Shown here one piece after another: positions 10,401 to 21,515 of a stretch of DNA of 64,000 nt. Position numbers and translations under genes: made by a program. Under the pieces are notes generated by a model. It was not told where the DNA came from and made no database searches. It saw nothing but the letters and a program-made list of their open reading frames with translations. The stretch covers positions 32,001 through 96,000 of the IMG/VR virus record IMGVR_UViG_3300025598_000023. One strand, 5' to 3'. This stretch comes from a virus. Every line of letters starts with the position of its first letter. Position 1 is the first letter of the stretch.

Positions 10401-13400
10401 TTTAACTAACAACAGTGAAAATTCAGAATTTACAACAATTACACTAGGCCAGGTTCGCAATCATTTGATTGAAGTTGGTAATAATCTACTTAATTTAGTG
10501 GGTGAACCAGCAGGCGCTAATAATTTCCGTGATTTGAATTTTAACTATGTTGGTGGAAAATTACTACAACATAGCTCAAGTTTGCGACCAGCGGCATTGC
10601 TGTTTGCAAATAGTGATGTTGATCCTGTTCAAATTATACGCTTCGCAGCAGATAGCTATACAAATTTTAAAAATCAGTTGCTTGATTACATAAACAATCG
10701 TGAATTTGCTGATCCAACTAACTATGCAGCTTGCTTAGATTCCGTTCTCAAAGAGTTTGTAAATTTAAGCATTATCAGTTCACCTTTTTATTATACCGAT
10801 ATGGCTGCAAGTGGAAATGATTATTTAAAAAACACATACACCGTTAACAATACAACATATCGCAGTTATAATTTAACCCAAGATTTTAGTGATAATAACA
10901 AAGGTTATCGTTCACTATTAGTATACTTAAATGGTGTTCTGTTATTGAAAAACATTGATTATGTAATTAACTCAAAAGTAATTACTATCAATGATAGCGT
11001 CACTATTTCACGCAATGATGTTATTGAAGTTGTAGAGTATAGCAGCACTGCAGGTTGTAATATACCAGCTACACCAACAAAATTAGGCATTTATCCTAAA
11101 TTTACTCCACAGATTACTGTAGATGATAGCTATGTTGTGCCTACTACTGTTATCATTGGACATGATGGCAGTATTACCACTGCTTATGGTGACTACCGTG
11201 ATAATATTTTATTAGAATTTGAAAAACGTGTATACAACAATATCACAGTCACCTATGCCAATAATACTGATTACGATTTGCCAAGTGTTGTGCCTGGTGC
11301 TTTTCGCAAAACTGATTATAGCCTTACTGAATGGACACAATTACTTACACCTGCATATTTGCGTTGGAGCACTATCAACAATGTAAATGTATTTGATAAT
11401 ACAACTACTACTGGAAATGAGTTTACTTGGAATTACAGTAGTGGTGTAGATAAGTTGTTTTACAATCCAGTGCCAGGTTACTGGCGTGGAATTTATAGCT
11501 ATTTTTATGATACTGATAGACCACATACACATCCATGGGAAATGTTGGGTTTTGCAGAAAAACCAACTTGGTGGGAATTGCGTTATGGACCAGCACCATA
11601 TAGTAGTGCTAACAATGTTTTATGGACTGATCTTGAATTAGGTTTTGTATATGGCGGAAATCCAAATTTAAGTTATATTAACAGTCGTTACAGCCGTCCT
11701 GGTCTAAGTCAAATTATTCCAGTAGATGAACATGGTAATCTTGTGCCGCCAAACTTAAGTGTCATTACAAATTATGATGTTGCTACAGCAAGTCAAAATT
11801 GGCAAGTAGGTGACCAAAGCCCACAAGAAACTGCTTGGCGTCGTAGTGTAGATTTTCCATTTGCTGTCATGATTGCATGGTGTTTAGCAAGACCAGCAGA
11901 ATGGTGTGCGTTAAAATATAATACTCGTGATTTGACATATGTTGCAGCACTAAATCAAATAATCAATACAAAGACAAATAATCGCACATTTGATTTTACT
12001 GCTACAAGTGCAAATGATTATATACCAGGTTACAATGTATGGTTGCGTGATTATCTTACAAGCAATAACCTTGATATAATTGAAAACTGGAATAATGTCG
12101 TTAACAACAGCACATTCAATCTTGTTTACAAGATGGGTGCTTATACTGATAAAAGTTATCTAACAGTTGTTGCAGATCAAGTTAGTCCACAAAGCACAAA
12201 TAGTAGTGTTATTATTCCACAAGAAAATTACCAAGTTAAAGTTACTAAAAGTGCGCCTGTAGCACGTGCAGTATATAGTGCGGTTGTTGTTCAAAAAGTA
12301 ACTAATGGTTTCCAAATTACTGGATTTGACAAAGAACGTCCTTACTTCTTGACAATACCAAGTCGTGTCAGCAGTAACAATTATGGAATTGCAGTTGGAA
12401 ATCAAACAGCCATTATCTATCTTGATGCAGCAGAAGGTATTGTTACATATCCTTATGGCACTATCTTTAATACTACACAACAAGTAGTAGACTTCTTAAT
12501 AAGTTATGGTCGTTATCTTGAATCACAAGGATTTAGTTTTAATGAATTTTTAAGTGATAATTCAACTAAAAGCGATTGGACACTTGCTGCAAAAGAATTT
12601 TTATTCTGGGAACAACAAGATTGGGGTGATAGCACAGTTATAAGTTTAACCCCAACTGGCACCAGTGTTAATTTTAATAGTCTGTTTGGTATCGTTGACA
12701 CTATCACTAACACAAACAATTACACTAAAATTATCAATAGTGATAATGTCACGCTTACTGGTCGTGATTATCGTGTGTATCGTGATGACAACAACTTTAG
12801 TGTAACGCTGAAAAATGCGCAAAAAGGTATACACTTACTGGATATTGCTATTGTTCAGTATGAGCATACACTTATTTTTGATAATAACACTGTGTTTAAT
12901 GATATTCTTTATGATGAACAAACAGGCAGTCGTCAATTCCGACTGCGTATTGATGGCAGCAAAACACAAGATTGGAATGGTTCACTTTATGCGCCTGGTT
13001 TCTTTGTTAATGTAAGCGATATACCACAATGGGCTGCTTATACTGATTATTACACAGGCGATATTGTTCTATTCAAAGACAAGTATTATGCAGCACAAAA
13101 GTTTATACCAGGCACACAAAAGTTTGCAACCAGTGACTGGTATCTCATTAACGGCGATTTACTGTCTAAAAACCTAATTCCAAATATGGCAAGTGGTGCT
13201 GCACAGTTTATTAATTTCCATGATCCTGATGCAACTGACTTAAACAGTGCAGCAGATGCACTAAGCAAGAGTGAAACTGGATTTAGTCCACGCCAATACT
13301 TCACAGATTTGGGATTAGATAATACAAGCCAATATAAATTTTATCTTGGTATGATAGCTCAAAAAGGAACACAAGCTGTTCTTAATGCTTATCTACGCAA

Positions 13401-16400
13401 TTATCAAAAGCGTATTGATAGTAACATTAAAGTTAATGAACAGTGGGCTATTAAACTTGACAATTATGGTGGCACAAACGATAATGATAAATTAGAATTT
13501 AATATTGGTAATGCAACAAGTATCAATAACCAATACTTGTTCCAATTTATTAATGACACAGATGTTAGAAGTGTTGAATATAATAGTGTAAAACCAAGCG
13601 ATTTGTTATACAAGCCTCGCAGCTATACTACTGAAATCTTTGCACTTACTGAGCCACGCAAGCAAATTATACCTACTGCTGGTCCAGTCAATACAAGTGA
13701 TGTATCTGCCACAGTTTTTGATATTAGCAAGATTTACAATATATCAGCACTAAGTTCAATTCTTGGCGAAGGCAGTAAAATATGGATTGCTGCCGATACT
13801 AGCAATCAATGGGGCGTTTATCGCTTAAGTTCTACTGCTCCGCTTACTGTAGTTTCAGTTACCCAAGTAAGTCCAACAGAATTACAATTTACTACTAATG
13901 TTGCGCATAATCTATCACAATTTGATTATATTATGCTTAAAAATGGCAAAGTTCTTGGAACTGTAAGCAGTGCAACTGTTGTAGATTTAAGTGGATTTTA
14001 CAAAGTAAGCAGCGCAACCAATAACACATTCAACGTTAAAATCATGAATAATATAAGCATTGGCACTGGCTCTTTAGCAGCGACTATGCTTAAGTTAATT
14101 AATGTTCGTTATTCTACAGGCAATGACTTTGCAAACTTTATTCCAGTTCGTGGTTGGAATAGTGGCGAAATTGTTTATATTGATAACGGACCAAATGGCT
14201 ATAATGTTCTACAGAATACAAACAATTGGGCATATGCACAAACTAAAAGCCCAACATACACTGTTCCAAGTGACAACTATGGCAGTAGTGTAAAAATTAA
14301 TCATAGCCAAGGTTTTGCAATAGTTGGTGCGCCAAATAAAAATACAAGTGGCAGTGCTTTCATCTATGGCAAGCGTCAAGACAATACTTGGCAAGAAATT
14401 GGTATTCTAACTCCTGATAGTCGTGTCCGTGGTTTTGGTAGTAACGTTGATATTAATACTAACGATATAGCGTTTTTAAGTGCACCAACCACAAATAAAG
14501 GTGTAGTTTATACTGCTAATGTAAGCAGCCAGCAAATACAATTAACACAAGCTATTCACTATGATAATCTATATGTCATAAGTGCTGGTATTTCTCAAAG
14601 TAATGCATATTTGTTAATAAGCAATGTTAATGTTTTTGATGCTACCGCTAACATTGCTGTTCAAGCAAATTATAGCTTGGCTAATTTTGCTAATGGTATG
14701 GCAGTTGCCGTGCCTGGTGCAAACTCAACTATACAAATTGCAAATATTAGCTATGGATATCCATATCATAAGATTGGTTTAACTGCAAACTTAGCAACTC
14801 TTGGTCTTACTATCAGCGGTTCAACTAAGGTTGCAATTTACTCTAATGTAACACCACAAAGTCAGTTCGGATATAGCATTAGCGCAAGTGGCGATGGTAA
14901 TTGGTTGTATGTTGGCGAACCAACTACAAATAGTGTGTATGTTTACAAATATAATACTGTAGCACCCGTTACTTCATTGCGTCAAGGTGACGGTGTATCA
15001 ACCAGTTTCTCATATCCAAGTGGTGCTACTGGCAGTGAAAATGATGTTAAAGTATATGTTGATGGTGCGCTTAAGATTCCTTATCTTGATTATATTAAAA
15101 CACCAGGTCAAAATGCAATCACATTTGATGTAGCACCAACTGGTGGTTATGTAGCAAACGTGCTTACAACAAGTGGCGGTGTTGGCTATTATTATGGCAA
15201 TACAAGTGTTACGTTTAGTCCACCTTTAAGTGGTGTGACTGCTACAGGTAATGTTTGGATTTACCCAAACACAGCAATTGGTGGTGTGATTATCACAAAT
15301 CCTGGTAAAGGATATGGTTCTTTAGCACCTACTGCAACTATTAGTAGCACAAGTGGCAGCGGTGCTATTCTTACACCTGTACTCTACAATGCAAACATTG
15401 CAATTGTTTATGAAAGCCATTGGACAGAGACAAATAGAATTGTCACTGATGACCCACAAGTCGGTGGTTTTGGAACAAGTGTAAGCACAAACTATGATGG
15501 CAGTGTTGTTGTAATTGGTGCAGCTAATAGCAGTGCAACATTTAGTTCAACATATAACAATGCAGGTAAAACTTATATCTATGACCGCACTGCGGAAGTA
15601 TTTGTTGCTGATGGTGCTACAACCACATTCCAATTAAGCAATGCATTAGCTAATTTAACAACTATTACTACACCTACTCTTACTACAAATCCAACTATAT
15701 TTGTAGATGGTGTAATTGCACAACCCACAGTCAATTATAGCACAAATTCAATTACTTTTGGTAATGCGCCTGCACGTGGTAGCACTATCACTGTTCAGAC
15801 AAACCAATTCATTAATACTAAAATTGGCACAACTGATGTTGGACAACAAAATAGCAATTATGGAACTGCTGTTAAAATTAGTAGCGATGGTAGCAGTGTG
15901 TTCTCATCAGCTACTGGTTATGGTTTAAGTTCAAGTCAGAATGGTGTTGTTTTCTATCTGCTTAACATACCACAAAAGTATGGCACTGCAATAGGTAGTA
16001 AATCAAACTTTACAATGACAGCTAACAATGCTGTGCGTATAAATGACCAATTAGTTACATTTACTGGTGGTAGTGTAACACAAACTGTCAATGATATCAA
16101 TGCGGCAAATATTCCACATGTTACTGCTTCTGTATTGTCTAACAATGCAATCTCAATCACTACAACTGATGTTAACAGTGCAGCAAAATTGCGTCTGCGC
16201 AATGAAGTAGGTGATCCATTAAACACTATGGGTATTGTTCAATGGCACACAATTCAACGTTTGAACAACCCTATTGCACAAGACACAGCACACTTTGGTG
16301 AAATCTTAAGTTTAAGTCCAGATGGCAATAGTTTGGTTGTTGGCAGCACATTAAGTAACACCAAAGCAAAAACAACATTTGATAACAATACTACAACATT

Positions 16401-19400
16401 TGATATCAATAATATCAAATTTATTGATACAGTGTATCGCAGTGGTGCTGCACACATCTATGAATACCAAACACTAAGTGATGAAAACTATTCAAGCTAT
16501 GGAAGTTATGCATATGGAACATTAATTAATGACCAATTTGCAAACAGCTTTGACCGTTATTCAACTGGTGTTGATATTAGCGATAACTTTATTTTAGTTG
16601 GTGCTCCACAAGCAAAAATACTTGGAAACCAAACAGGCGCACTATATGTCTATTACAATCCTAATGCTCAACCAATTTGGCAAAGCATACGCAGCGGTGG
16701 TGTAGATTATGATAGTCGTAAGATTGACCGTGCTTACATTTATAATAGCACAACTGCAAAACTTATTGCAGATTTGCCAGTTTATGATTTAACAAATGGC
16801 TATTTGCCAAATGAAAGTGAGACATATCTTGATTTTGTTATCAACTATGATCCAGCAGTTTATAACAAGGTTCCAACTACAATTAGCTTTAACTATGATC
16901 GTAAAAATGCTTGGGGCAAAGAAAAAGTTGGAAAACTTTGGTGGGATATTAATAGTATAAAATACTATGACAACACACAAGGCTCTACACTTGATAGATT
17001 TAACTATTGGGGATTAGCTTTTCCAGCAAGCACAGTTAATGTGTATGAATGGATTGAAAGTAGTGTTCCGCCAAGTCAATATGTTGGCTCAAGTGCAAAC
17101 AATACTCCACTTTACACTATTAATGAAGTGTATAGTTCACATGTAGAGATTGATAGTGCAACTGGTTTGGCTGTTACAAAGTATTACTTCTGGGTAAAAA
17201 ATAGCACACTAAGTTCTGGTTCACGACCAAGTGCATTGGAAATTCAAGGTCAAATCAGCCTACCTCGTGCAAGCAGTGAACCATTTGCAGCAGTAATATC
17301 ACCAAATGCAATTGCACTATTCAATGCTAAAAATCTAATCAGCATTGATACCAATATGGTTATTGAATATAAAGATGTTCTGAAACCACAGCTAACTCAT
17401 GCCGAATGGACTATGTTTGATGATGGCACAGATTTAGGTGTGGCATATGAGTTCTTGAATAAACTTAATGATAGTCTAACTGGTCAAGATAGTAGCGGTA
17501 GAATTGTTCCTGATCCAAAACTTCCTATTGGTCAACGTTATGGCATGGATGTAAAACTACGTCAAAGTTTATTCAAAGATCAATATACTGGACGCAAGCT
17601 GTTTGTTGAAAATGTAAATCAAGTTTGCACAACATATCCAATGGTTCTTACTCGTGGAGCAGCAATTGCAGCATTGGACAGTTATGATCCAATTCCAGAT
17701 TCAACTCATTATAAAACTGTAGTAGCTAATATTACTGAATTGGGTTATCTTGATACCAATACATATCTTGCTGGTGACCAAGTTCTTGTTTTAAGCGATA
17801 GCAACAGCTATAATAACGGTTGGAGTTTATATAGACTAAATGTTGTATTCCCTAATACTAGAACATGGGAAATTATACAAGTTCAAACTTATAACTTAAA
17901 CAATTATTGGAGTTATGCTGATTGGTATAGCAATCAATATAATCCACAAGCACAACCAAAATATACTGTTACAACAGAAAATGATATTAGCAATTTACAA
18001 CTTAATGTTGGTGATATCATTTATGTTACTAACAGTTCTAATGGAGGTTGGAAACTTGTTCTTGTGACAATTAATAGTCTAGAACTATTAGCTCAGCAAA
18101 ATGCTACAATACAATTTAATACTAATTTGTATGATCTAGTTGCTGCAAACCAAGGATTCCAAACAAGTAGTTTCCAAAGTGTTGGATTTGATAGCGATAG
18201 CAATTTAGAATTTAATAAAATATTCAATATTATTCGTGATGAATTATTAATCAATGAATATCGCAGCAACTTTAAAGATTTAGTAAAACTCATGATTGAT
18301 ACGATTGCTACACAGCATCAGCAAACAGATTGGTTAATGAAGACCAGTCTAGTTGATTTGTATCATCGTGTTCGTGGTTTGGATCAATTACCAGTTTACC
18401 TTCCACAGCCAGAAACTACTGTCACAAGTTTCTTTAGTGAAGTAAAACCATATCACACTAAGCTAAAACAATATATTGCAACATATGATAATACTGATTC
18501 TATTGATGTTGCATACAACAATGTAACTGATTTTGATTTACAACCATATAAAAACAGTGTTGTAAACAAATATCGCAGTCCACAATTAGGCAATAGCTTG
18601 GATACTAACGCTTTAGAAACACAAAGTGTTTATCAACCATGGCTAAACAACCATTCTTATGGCGTTAAACGTGTTGATACAGTCACTGGCGGAGTTGGTT
18701 ATGATGCAAATACCACAGTAACTATTGTTGGTGATGGCACTGGTGCAACAGCACAAGCGTATGTTGTCAATGGCAGTGTTTACACAATTACTGTTACTAA
18801 TAGCGGTGTAGGCTACACTTATGCAAAAGCATATATTTTTGGTGTTGGAACTGGTGCAACAGCTACTGTGATTCTTGGCAATGGATTGGCTCGTACAACA
18901 AACACAATTATTAAGTATGACCGATATACATATTTTAATAATATTCAAGATTGGGCTGCTAATACTTCCTATACTGTAAACACGGTAGTAGTGTATAATG
19001 CTCAACCATACCGTGTTATTACTGCTCATACAAGCGGAACTACATTTGATTCAACTAAGTTTGTGCAACTTGTAGTAAAAGTTTGGTATCCAGAAACACA
19101 ATATGCACTCAATGATGTAGTCATTTATAAAAATACAAGTTATACAGTCAATGAAACATTTACAAGTGCTCTTACATTTGATACAGCCAATTTGACAGCG
19201 TATAACGGTCTATGGCTTGATAATGCATGTGACCGTGTTTGGGCATACTATGCCCCAAAAAGCGGTATGGCTGGTCGCGATTTAGCGCAAGTTATGACTG
19301 GAATGGAGTATAGTGGCAATCAAATTATTGGTCCTAACTTTAATCAAACACCAGGTTATGATGTAAACAATTACGACTACATAGCTTATGATTATGAAAC

Positions 19401-21453
19401 ATTTAACGTAGAAAATGTTGCAGACGTTTATGGTTCACAAGCAGAAGACACATACATTCAAAGTTTGTTTACTGACACTGGTTTAGGATTGCGACCAGAA
19501 GATATTAATATTGTTGGCGGTGATTTCTATGATGCTTACAGCAGCCATGCACCAGAAGAATTTGTGCCTGGTCAAGTATTAGATACACTTGATATTAAAG
19601 TAACTACCACTCCTATTGCAAATGGCGGACCAGATATTAAAATCTTTACTGTAAATTATCAAGGTTTAAAAACATTTAGTTTTGATAAAGCAATAACTGG
19701 TGTTGACTATCCAGTTGGTGGTATTGAAAAGTTTTATATCGTTGACCATTTACAAGGTCCACTTGCTGAATCTGTTAATTATAGTGTAAACTGGCAAAAT
19801 AAAACTATCAGTCTAAACTACACACCACAGAGCGGAACTTATTTTTATTCCATGATGATTGGCTCAAACGGTGTAAATCCAGTATATGATCAAGATTATT
19901 ATGGTGATGGTGTTCAAACTGATTTTGCTGTAAACGGTTGGACTCTAAACACAGTTAAGCAAGCATATGTTAAAGTAAATGGTATAGCTGTATCTAATTG
20001 GAGTTTAGTGAATATTACACAGAATGGTGTTGGAACTCTGGCAGTTCGTTTTGCAACACCTCCACATGTTAATGATTATATTCAAGTTCATTTATATAAT
20101 GTTGCACTTGGAACTCGTGCGTATAGCGAATGGTATGAGCAAACATTTACTGTGCCAAATGCAAGTTATCCAAGTGGATATAATTTTACTTTAGCCAATC
20201 CAGAAATATACTCACAGCCAATCTCTGCTTATGCTATTGTAAGATTGAATAATAGTGACTTATTACCACCACAACAAAGTTATTATATTGGGGATGGTAT
20301 CACAACAAACTATAGTTTAACAAACAGTTGGACAGAAACAATTGCAAATATTGTTGATACAGAAATTATGGTTTTGGTTAATAAGGTTCTACTTACACGT
20401 AATATTGATTACACTGTGTATCATGATCCACTTAATATTGCAACACCTGTAATACAATTCACAACTGCACCAGCAAGCGGAACTTCAATTGTAATAAGTG
20501 ATGCAAGCCAATGTGATTTTAGAATTTATGATGGAAATCAACTTTGGATTAGCCAAAACGTTGTAATACCACAAAATAGTGTAATTACTGTTTTATCTCA
20601 AGGCAATCACGATGCAAATAATCAATATACCAAGTTGTTTAGTGGTAGCACAAGCAATAATAGCTTCTTGGATAACGGTTTAGATAGTGGTGGATTTGAT
20701 GCTCTTGGTTTTGATAATGAACTTTCTAATTTGATTGGACAAGTTTACTATACATTGCCTACTGCTGTATCAAATATAAATCAAATCTATATAACTTTGA
20801 AAACACCTAATACAACTGGTGGTAAACCATTGTTACCATATACAGATTATGTGTTAGTAAACCCAACAACTATCGTATTAAGTAGCACACTTAATATCAG
20901 TGGCGCAAGTGTTATTGCGGTTCGTATTTTTGGTAATCCAATACGTGAACATAACGTAGAATTTAGAATATTCAAAGATATGCGTGATACTACTCGTTAT
21001 TATGCGGTGAAAAATAATAAAACAATTCTGTCTGCAAATTTAATGCCAAGCGACAGTTGGGTTTATGTTGAAAACGTGGATGTATTACAGAATCCAGAAC
21101 CATCAACAAATACTGCTGGTGTTGTTATTATTAATGGTGAACGTATTACATATGGCGTTATTGACACTATAAACAAGCGTTTAGGAAACTTGCGCCGTGG
21201 CACGGCTGGCACAGGATTGTATAATAACCATGTTGCTGGCAGTGTTGTATATGATAGTGGCAACTTATTAGAAATTCCAAATAGTCGTGAAACTTACACA
21301 GTGGCAACTAACCCAACATATATAACAAATGGAAACATTTCACTTTATGTTGCTGCCAATAGCACAATACGACAAAGCCACATGTTTGTAAATTTGGGTG
21401 AAAGTATTCAAACAAGTAACACACCATATGCACAATTTATTAGGGCACAGTAA
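7456..21453 (+). CDS. Giant (4665 aa) baseplate wedge / gp7-like multidomain virion protein
   Basis: Follows gp6; DLDKLTNYRQYYW and VKPYHTK motifs typical of jumbo-phage wedge proteins; FG-GAP-like repeats, CBM5/12-like repeats, GDGxxTxF repeats; C-terminal INGERITY..LRRGTAGT. Confidence 0.75.
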   Translation: MAKRKSENFLPQVFRTLGNKRFLNATMDPLIQEPSLKKMYGYIGQQDQSPVYSTSDYYINENDSYSQFYQLEPGVVIKKRQLGTNTYKVSNVYNYVDLLNQISADGGLNNNHDRLFTNRYYSYNGFVDLDKLTNYRQYYWVPGGPMPVDVTADLTPTQKDFYFHRVSYVANNQTELQSAALGETGYSVDGYNNVVNPTITLVRGGSYNFYVNQTTQFWIQTEIETSGTSTVQSNISTRDVLGVSNNGTESGIVTFTVPLSTAQDYLINYPTLGQTVDIIVDDITYEELQGVNYDNFVLQYSLDGVRSFDGKYVVLTSNTGWADVDSSQWHGVWRINVDPVTRLMNLTYIAAWDNLYKVFVNQGDVYGHVYAYKNNVGVVTKFPTLSAAQNVLYYVDAENQLVYGTIRLVDPTPNSLLNVNDIIGKTNYTSPNGVQFTTGLKVKFTGLVVPSEYQGNEYIVEGVGSSIKLVKYSDLVTPETINTNLGSSFGNSRGFDADGTGFDGTTNSPEIKDYITINRASVDGNSWSRNNRWFHRDVLQAAANYNNTNYAFDSNQQAKRPIVEFLPNLKLYNYGQNYRGYITCFDNVTTSAFSQIEGVNSYAVPKGTYDSKNNRFVYNSDGIQLLNGVTVVFINDIDPTVRATLYQVQNNKTRTAATYNPITIGYSGADSTQLFINELGNITLGQHVTGTGIAQNTTVLNVDTVNNVVTISNPITSEIPIGQTIYFDNSFDQIHLVPIKTFSDGDTVVAMEGVNNQGNMYYYANGTWTLAQIRNSRPQAPLFDIVDANSISLSDQTAYPSSNFTGSQLFGYAVNLTPNAKRDSELGFALVYKSIGNLGDIVFQNYYATDTFDYNLNQIDTVKNVNTGYAAVINSYNNYSFANGWFRVSDKTKQYITKTYNATVIQLNNFDLGVVYNNSYYENNIFVYVNGVLQSRDKYTLQTSSITSVVKFTNDVVIGDRIFVKIYGTSAQYKQTYTMPRNLTNNSENSEFTTITLGQVRNHLIEVGNNLLNLVGEPAGANNFRDLNFNYVGGKLLQHSSSLRPAALLFANSDVDPVQIIRFAADSYTNFKNQLLDYINNREFADPTNYAACLDSVLKEFVNLSIISSPFYYTDMAASGNDYLKNTYTVNNTTYRSYNLTQDFSDNNKGYRSLLVYLNGVLLLKNIDYVINSKVITINDSVTISRNDVIEVVEYSSTAGCNIPATPTKLGIYPKFTPQITVDDSYVVPTTVIIGHDGSITTAYGDYRDNILLEFEKRVYNNITVTYANNTDYDLPSVVPGAFRKTDYSLTEWTQLLTPAYLRWSTINNVNVFDNTTTTGNEFTWNYSSGVDKLFYNPVPGYWRGIYSYFYDTDRPHTHPWEMLGFAEKPTWWELRYGPAPYSSANNVLWTDLELGFVYGGNPNLSYINSRYSRPGLSQIIPVDEHGNLVPPNLSVITNYDVATASQNWQVGDQSPQETAWRRSVDFPFAVMIAWCLARPAEWCALKYNTRDLTYVAALNQIINTKTNNRTFDFTATSANDYIPGYNVWLRDYLTSNNLDIIENWNNVVNNSTFNLVYKMGAYTDKSYLTVVADQVSPQSTNSSVIIPQENYQVKVTKSAPVARAVYSAVVVQKVTNGFQITGFDKERPYFLTIPSRVSSNNYGIAVGNQTAIIYLDAAEGIVTYPYGTIFNTTQQVVDFLISYGRYLESQGFSFNEFLSDNSTKSDWTLAAKEFLFWEQQDWGDSTVISLTPTGTSVNFNSLFGIVDTITNTNNYTKIINSDNVTLTGRDYRVYRDDNNFSVTLKNAQKGIHLLDIAIVQYEHTLIFDNNTVFNDILYDEQTGSRQFRLRIDGSKTQDWNGSLYAPGFFVNVSDIPQWAAYTDYYTGDIVLFKDKYYAAQKFIPGTQKFATSDWYLINGDLLSKNLIPNMASGAAQFINFHDPDATDLNSAADALSKSETGFSPRQYFTDLGLDNTSQYKFYLGMIAQKGTQAVLNAYLRNYQKRIDSNIKVNEQWAIKLDNYGGTNDNDKLEFNIGNATSINNQYLFQFINDTDVRSVEYNSVKPSDLLYKPRSYTTEIFALTEPRKQIIPTAGPVNTSDVSATVFDISKIYNISALSSILGEGSKIWIAADTSNQWGVYRLSSTAPLTVVSVTQVSPTELQFTTNVAHNLSQFDYIMLKNGKVLGTVSSATVVDLSGFYKVSSATNNTFNVKIMNNISIGTGSLAATMLKLINVRYSTGNDFANFIPVRGWNSGEIVYIDNGPNGYNVLQNTNNWAYAQTKSPTYTVPSDNYGSSVKINHSQGFAIVGAPNKNTSGSAFIYGKRQDNTWQEIGILTPDSRVRGFGSNVDINTNDIAFLSAPTTNKGVVYTANVSSQQIQLTQAIHYDNLYVISAGISQSNAYLLISNVNVFDATANIAVQANYSLANFANGMAVAVPGANSTIQIANISYGYPYHKIGLTANLATLGLTISGSTKVAIYSNVTPQSQFGYSISASGDGNWLYVGEPTTNSVYVYKYNTVAPVTSLRQGDGVSTSFSYPSGATGSENDVKVYVDGALKIPYLDYIKTPGQNAITFDVAPTGGYVANVLTTSGGVGYYYGNTSVTFSPPLSGVTATGNVWIYPNTAIGGVIITNPGKGYGSLAPTATISSTSGSGAILTPVLYNANIAIVYESHWTETNRIVTDDPQVGGFGTSVSTNYDGSVVVIGAANSSATFSSTYNNAGKTYIYDRTAEVFVADGATTTFQLSNALANLTTITTPTLTTNPTIFVDGVIAQPTVNYSTNSITFGNAPARGSTITVQTNQFINTKIGTTDVGQQNSNYGTAVKISSDGSSVFSSATGYGLSSSQNGVVFYLLNIPQKYGTAIGSKSNFTMTANNAVRINDQLVTFTGGSVTQTVNDINAANIPHVTASVLSNNAISITTTDVNSAAKLRLRNEVGDPLNTMGIVQWHTIQRLNNPIAQDTAHFGEILSLSPDGNSLVVGSTLSNTKAKTTFDNNTTTFDINNIKFIDTVYRSGAAHIYEYQTLSDENYSSYGSYAYGTLINDQFANSFDRYSTGVDISDNFILVGAPQAKILGNQTGALYVYYNPNAQPIWQSIRSGGVDYDSRKIDRAYIYNSTTAKLIADLPVYDLTNGYLPNESETYLDFVINYDPAVYNKVPTTISFNYDRKNAWGKEKVGKLWWDINSIKYYDNTQGSTLDRFNYWGLAFPASTVNVYEWIESSVPPSQYVGSSANNTPLYTINEVYSSHVEIDSATGLAVTKYYFWVKNSTLSSGSRPSALEIQGQISLPRASSEPFAAVISPNAIALFNAKNLISIDTNMVIEYKDVLKPQLTHAEWTMFDDGTDLGVAYEFLNKLNDSLTGQDSSGRIVPDPKLPIGQRYGMDVKLRQSLFKDQYTGRKLFVENVNQVCTTYPMVLTRGAAIAALDSYDPIPDSTHYKTVVANITELGYLDTNTYLAGDQVLVLSDSNSYNNGWSLYRLNVVFPNTRTWEIIQVQTYNLNNYWSYADWYSNQYNPQAQPKYTVTTENDISNLQLNVGDIIYVTNSSNGGWKLVLVTINSLELLAQQNATIQFNTNLYDLVAANQGFQTSSFQSVGFDSDSNLEFNKIFNIIRDELLINEYRSNFKDLVKLMIDTIATQHQQTDWLMKTSLVDLYHRVRGLDQLPVYLPQPETTVTSFFSEVKPYHTKLKQYIATYDNTDSIDVAYNNVTDFDLQPYKNSVVNKYRSPQLGNSLDTNALETQSVYQPWLNNHSYGVKRVDTVTGGVGYDANTTVTIVGDGTGATAQAYVVNGSVYTITVTNSGVGYTYAKAYIFGVGTGATATVILGNGLARTTNTIIKYDRYTYFNNIQDWAANTSYTVNTVVVYNAQPYRVITAHTSGTTFDSTKFVQLVVKVWYPETQYALNDVVIYKNTSYTVNETFTSALTFDTANLTAYNGLWLDNACDRVWAYYAPKSGMAGRDLAQVMTGMEYSGNQIIGPNFNQTPGYDVNNYDYIAYDYETFNVENVADVYGSQAEDTYIQSLFTDTGLGLRPEDINIVGGDFYDAYSSHAPEEFVPGQVLDTLDIKVTTTPIANGGPDIKIFTVNYQGLKTFSFDKAITGVDYPVGGIEKFYIVDHLQGPLAESVNYSVNWQNKTISLNYTPQSGTYFYSMMIGSNGVNPVYDQDYYGDGVQTDFAVNGWTLNTVKQAYVKVNGIAVSNWSLVNITQNGVGTLAVRFATPPHVNDYIQVHLYNVALGTRAYSEWYEQTFTVPNASYPSGYNFTLANPEIYSQPISAYAIVRLNNSDLLPPQQSYYIGDGITTNYSLTNSWTETIANIVDTEIMVLVNKVLLTRNIDYTVYHDPLNIATPVIQFTTAPASGTSIVISDASQCDFRIYDGNQLWISQNVVIPQNSVITVLSQGNHDANNQYTKLFSGSTSNNSFLDNGLDSGGFDALGFDNELSNLIGQVYYTLPTAVSNINQIYITLKTPNTTGGKPLLPYTDYVLVNPTTIVLSSTLNISGASVIAVRIFGNPIREHNVEFRIFKDMRDTTRYYAVKNNKTILSANLMPSDSWVYVENVDVLQNPEPSTNTAGVVIINGERITYGVIDTINKRLGNLRRGTAGTGLYNNHVAGSVVYDSGNLLEIPNSRETYTVATNPTYITNGNISLYVAANSTIRQSHMFVNLGESIQTSNTPYAQFIRAQ

Positions 21454-21480
21454 TGAAAAAACCAGAGATTATTAAACCAA

Positions 21481-21486
21481 TAAATA
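21481..21486 (+). promoter_or_regulatory. TAAATA late-promoter-like motif
   Basis: ATAAATA 30 nt upstream of in-frame ATG 21516. Confidence 0.5.
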
Positions 21487-21515
21487 CTAATAATACAAAA
21501 ATCGGAAGTGAAAAG

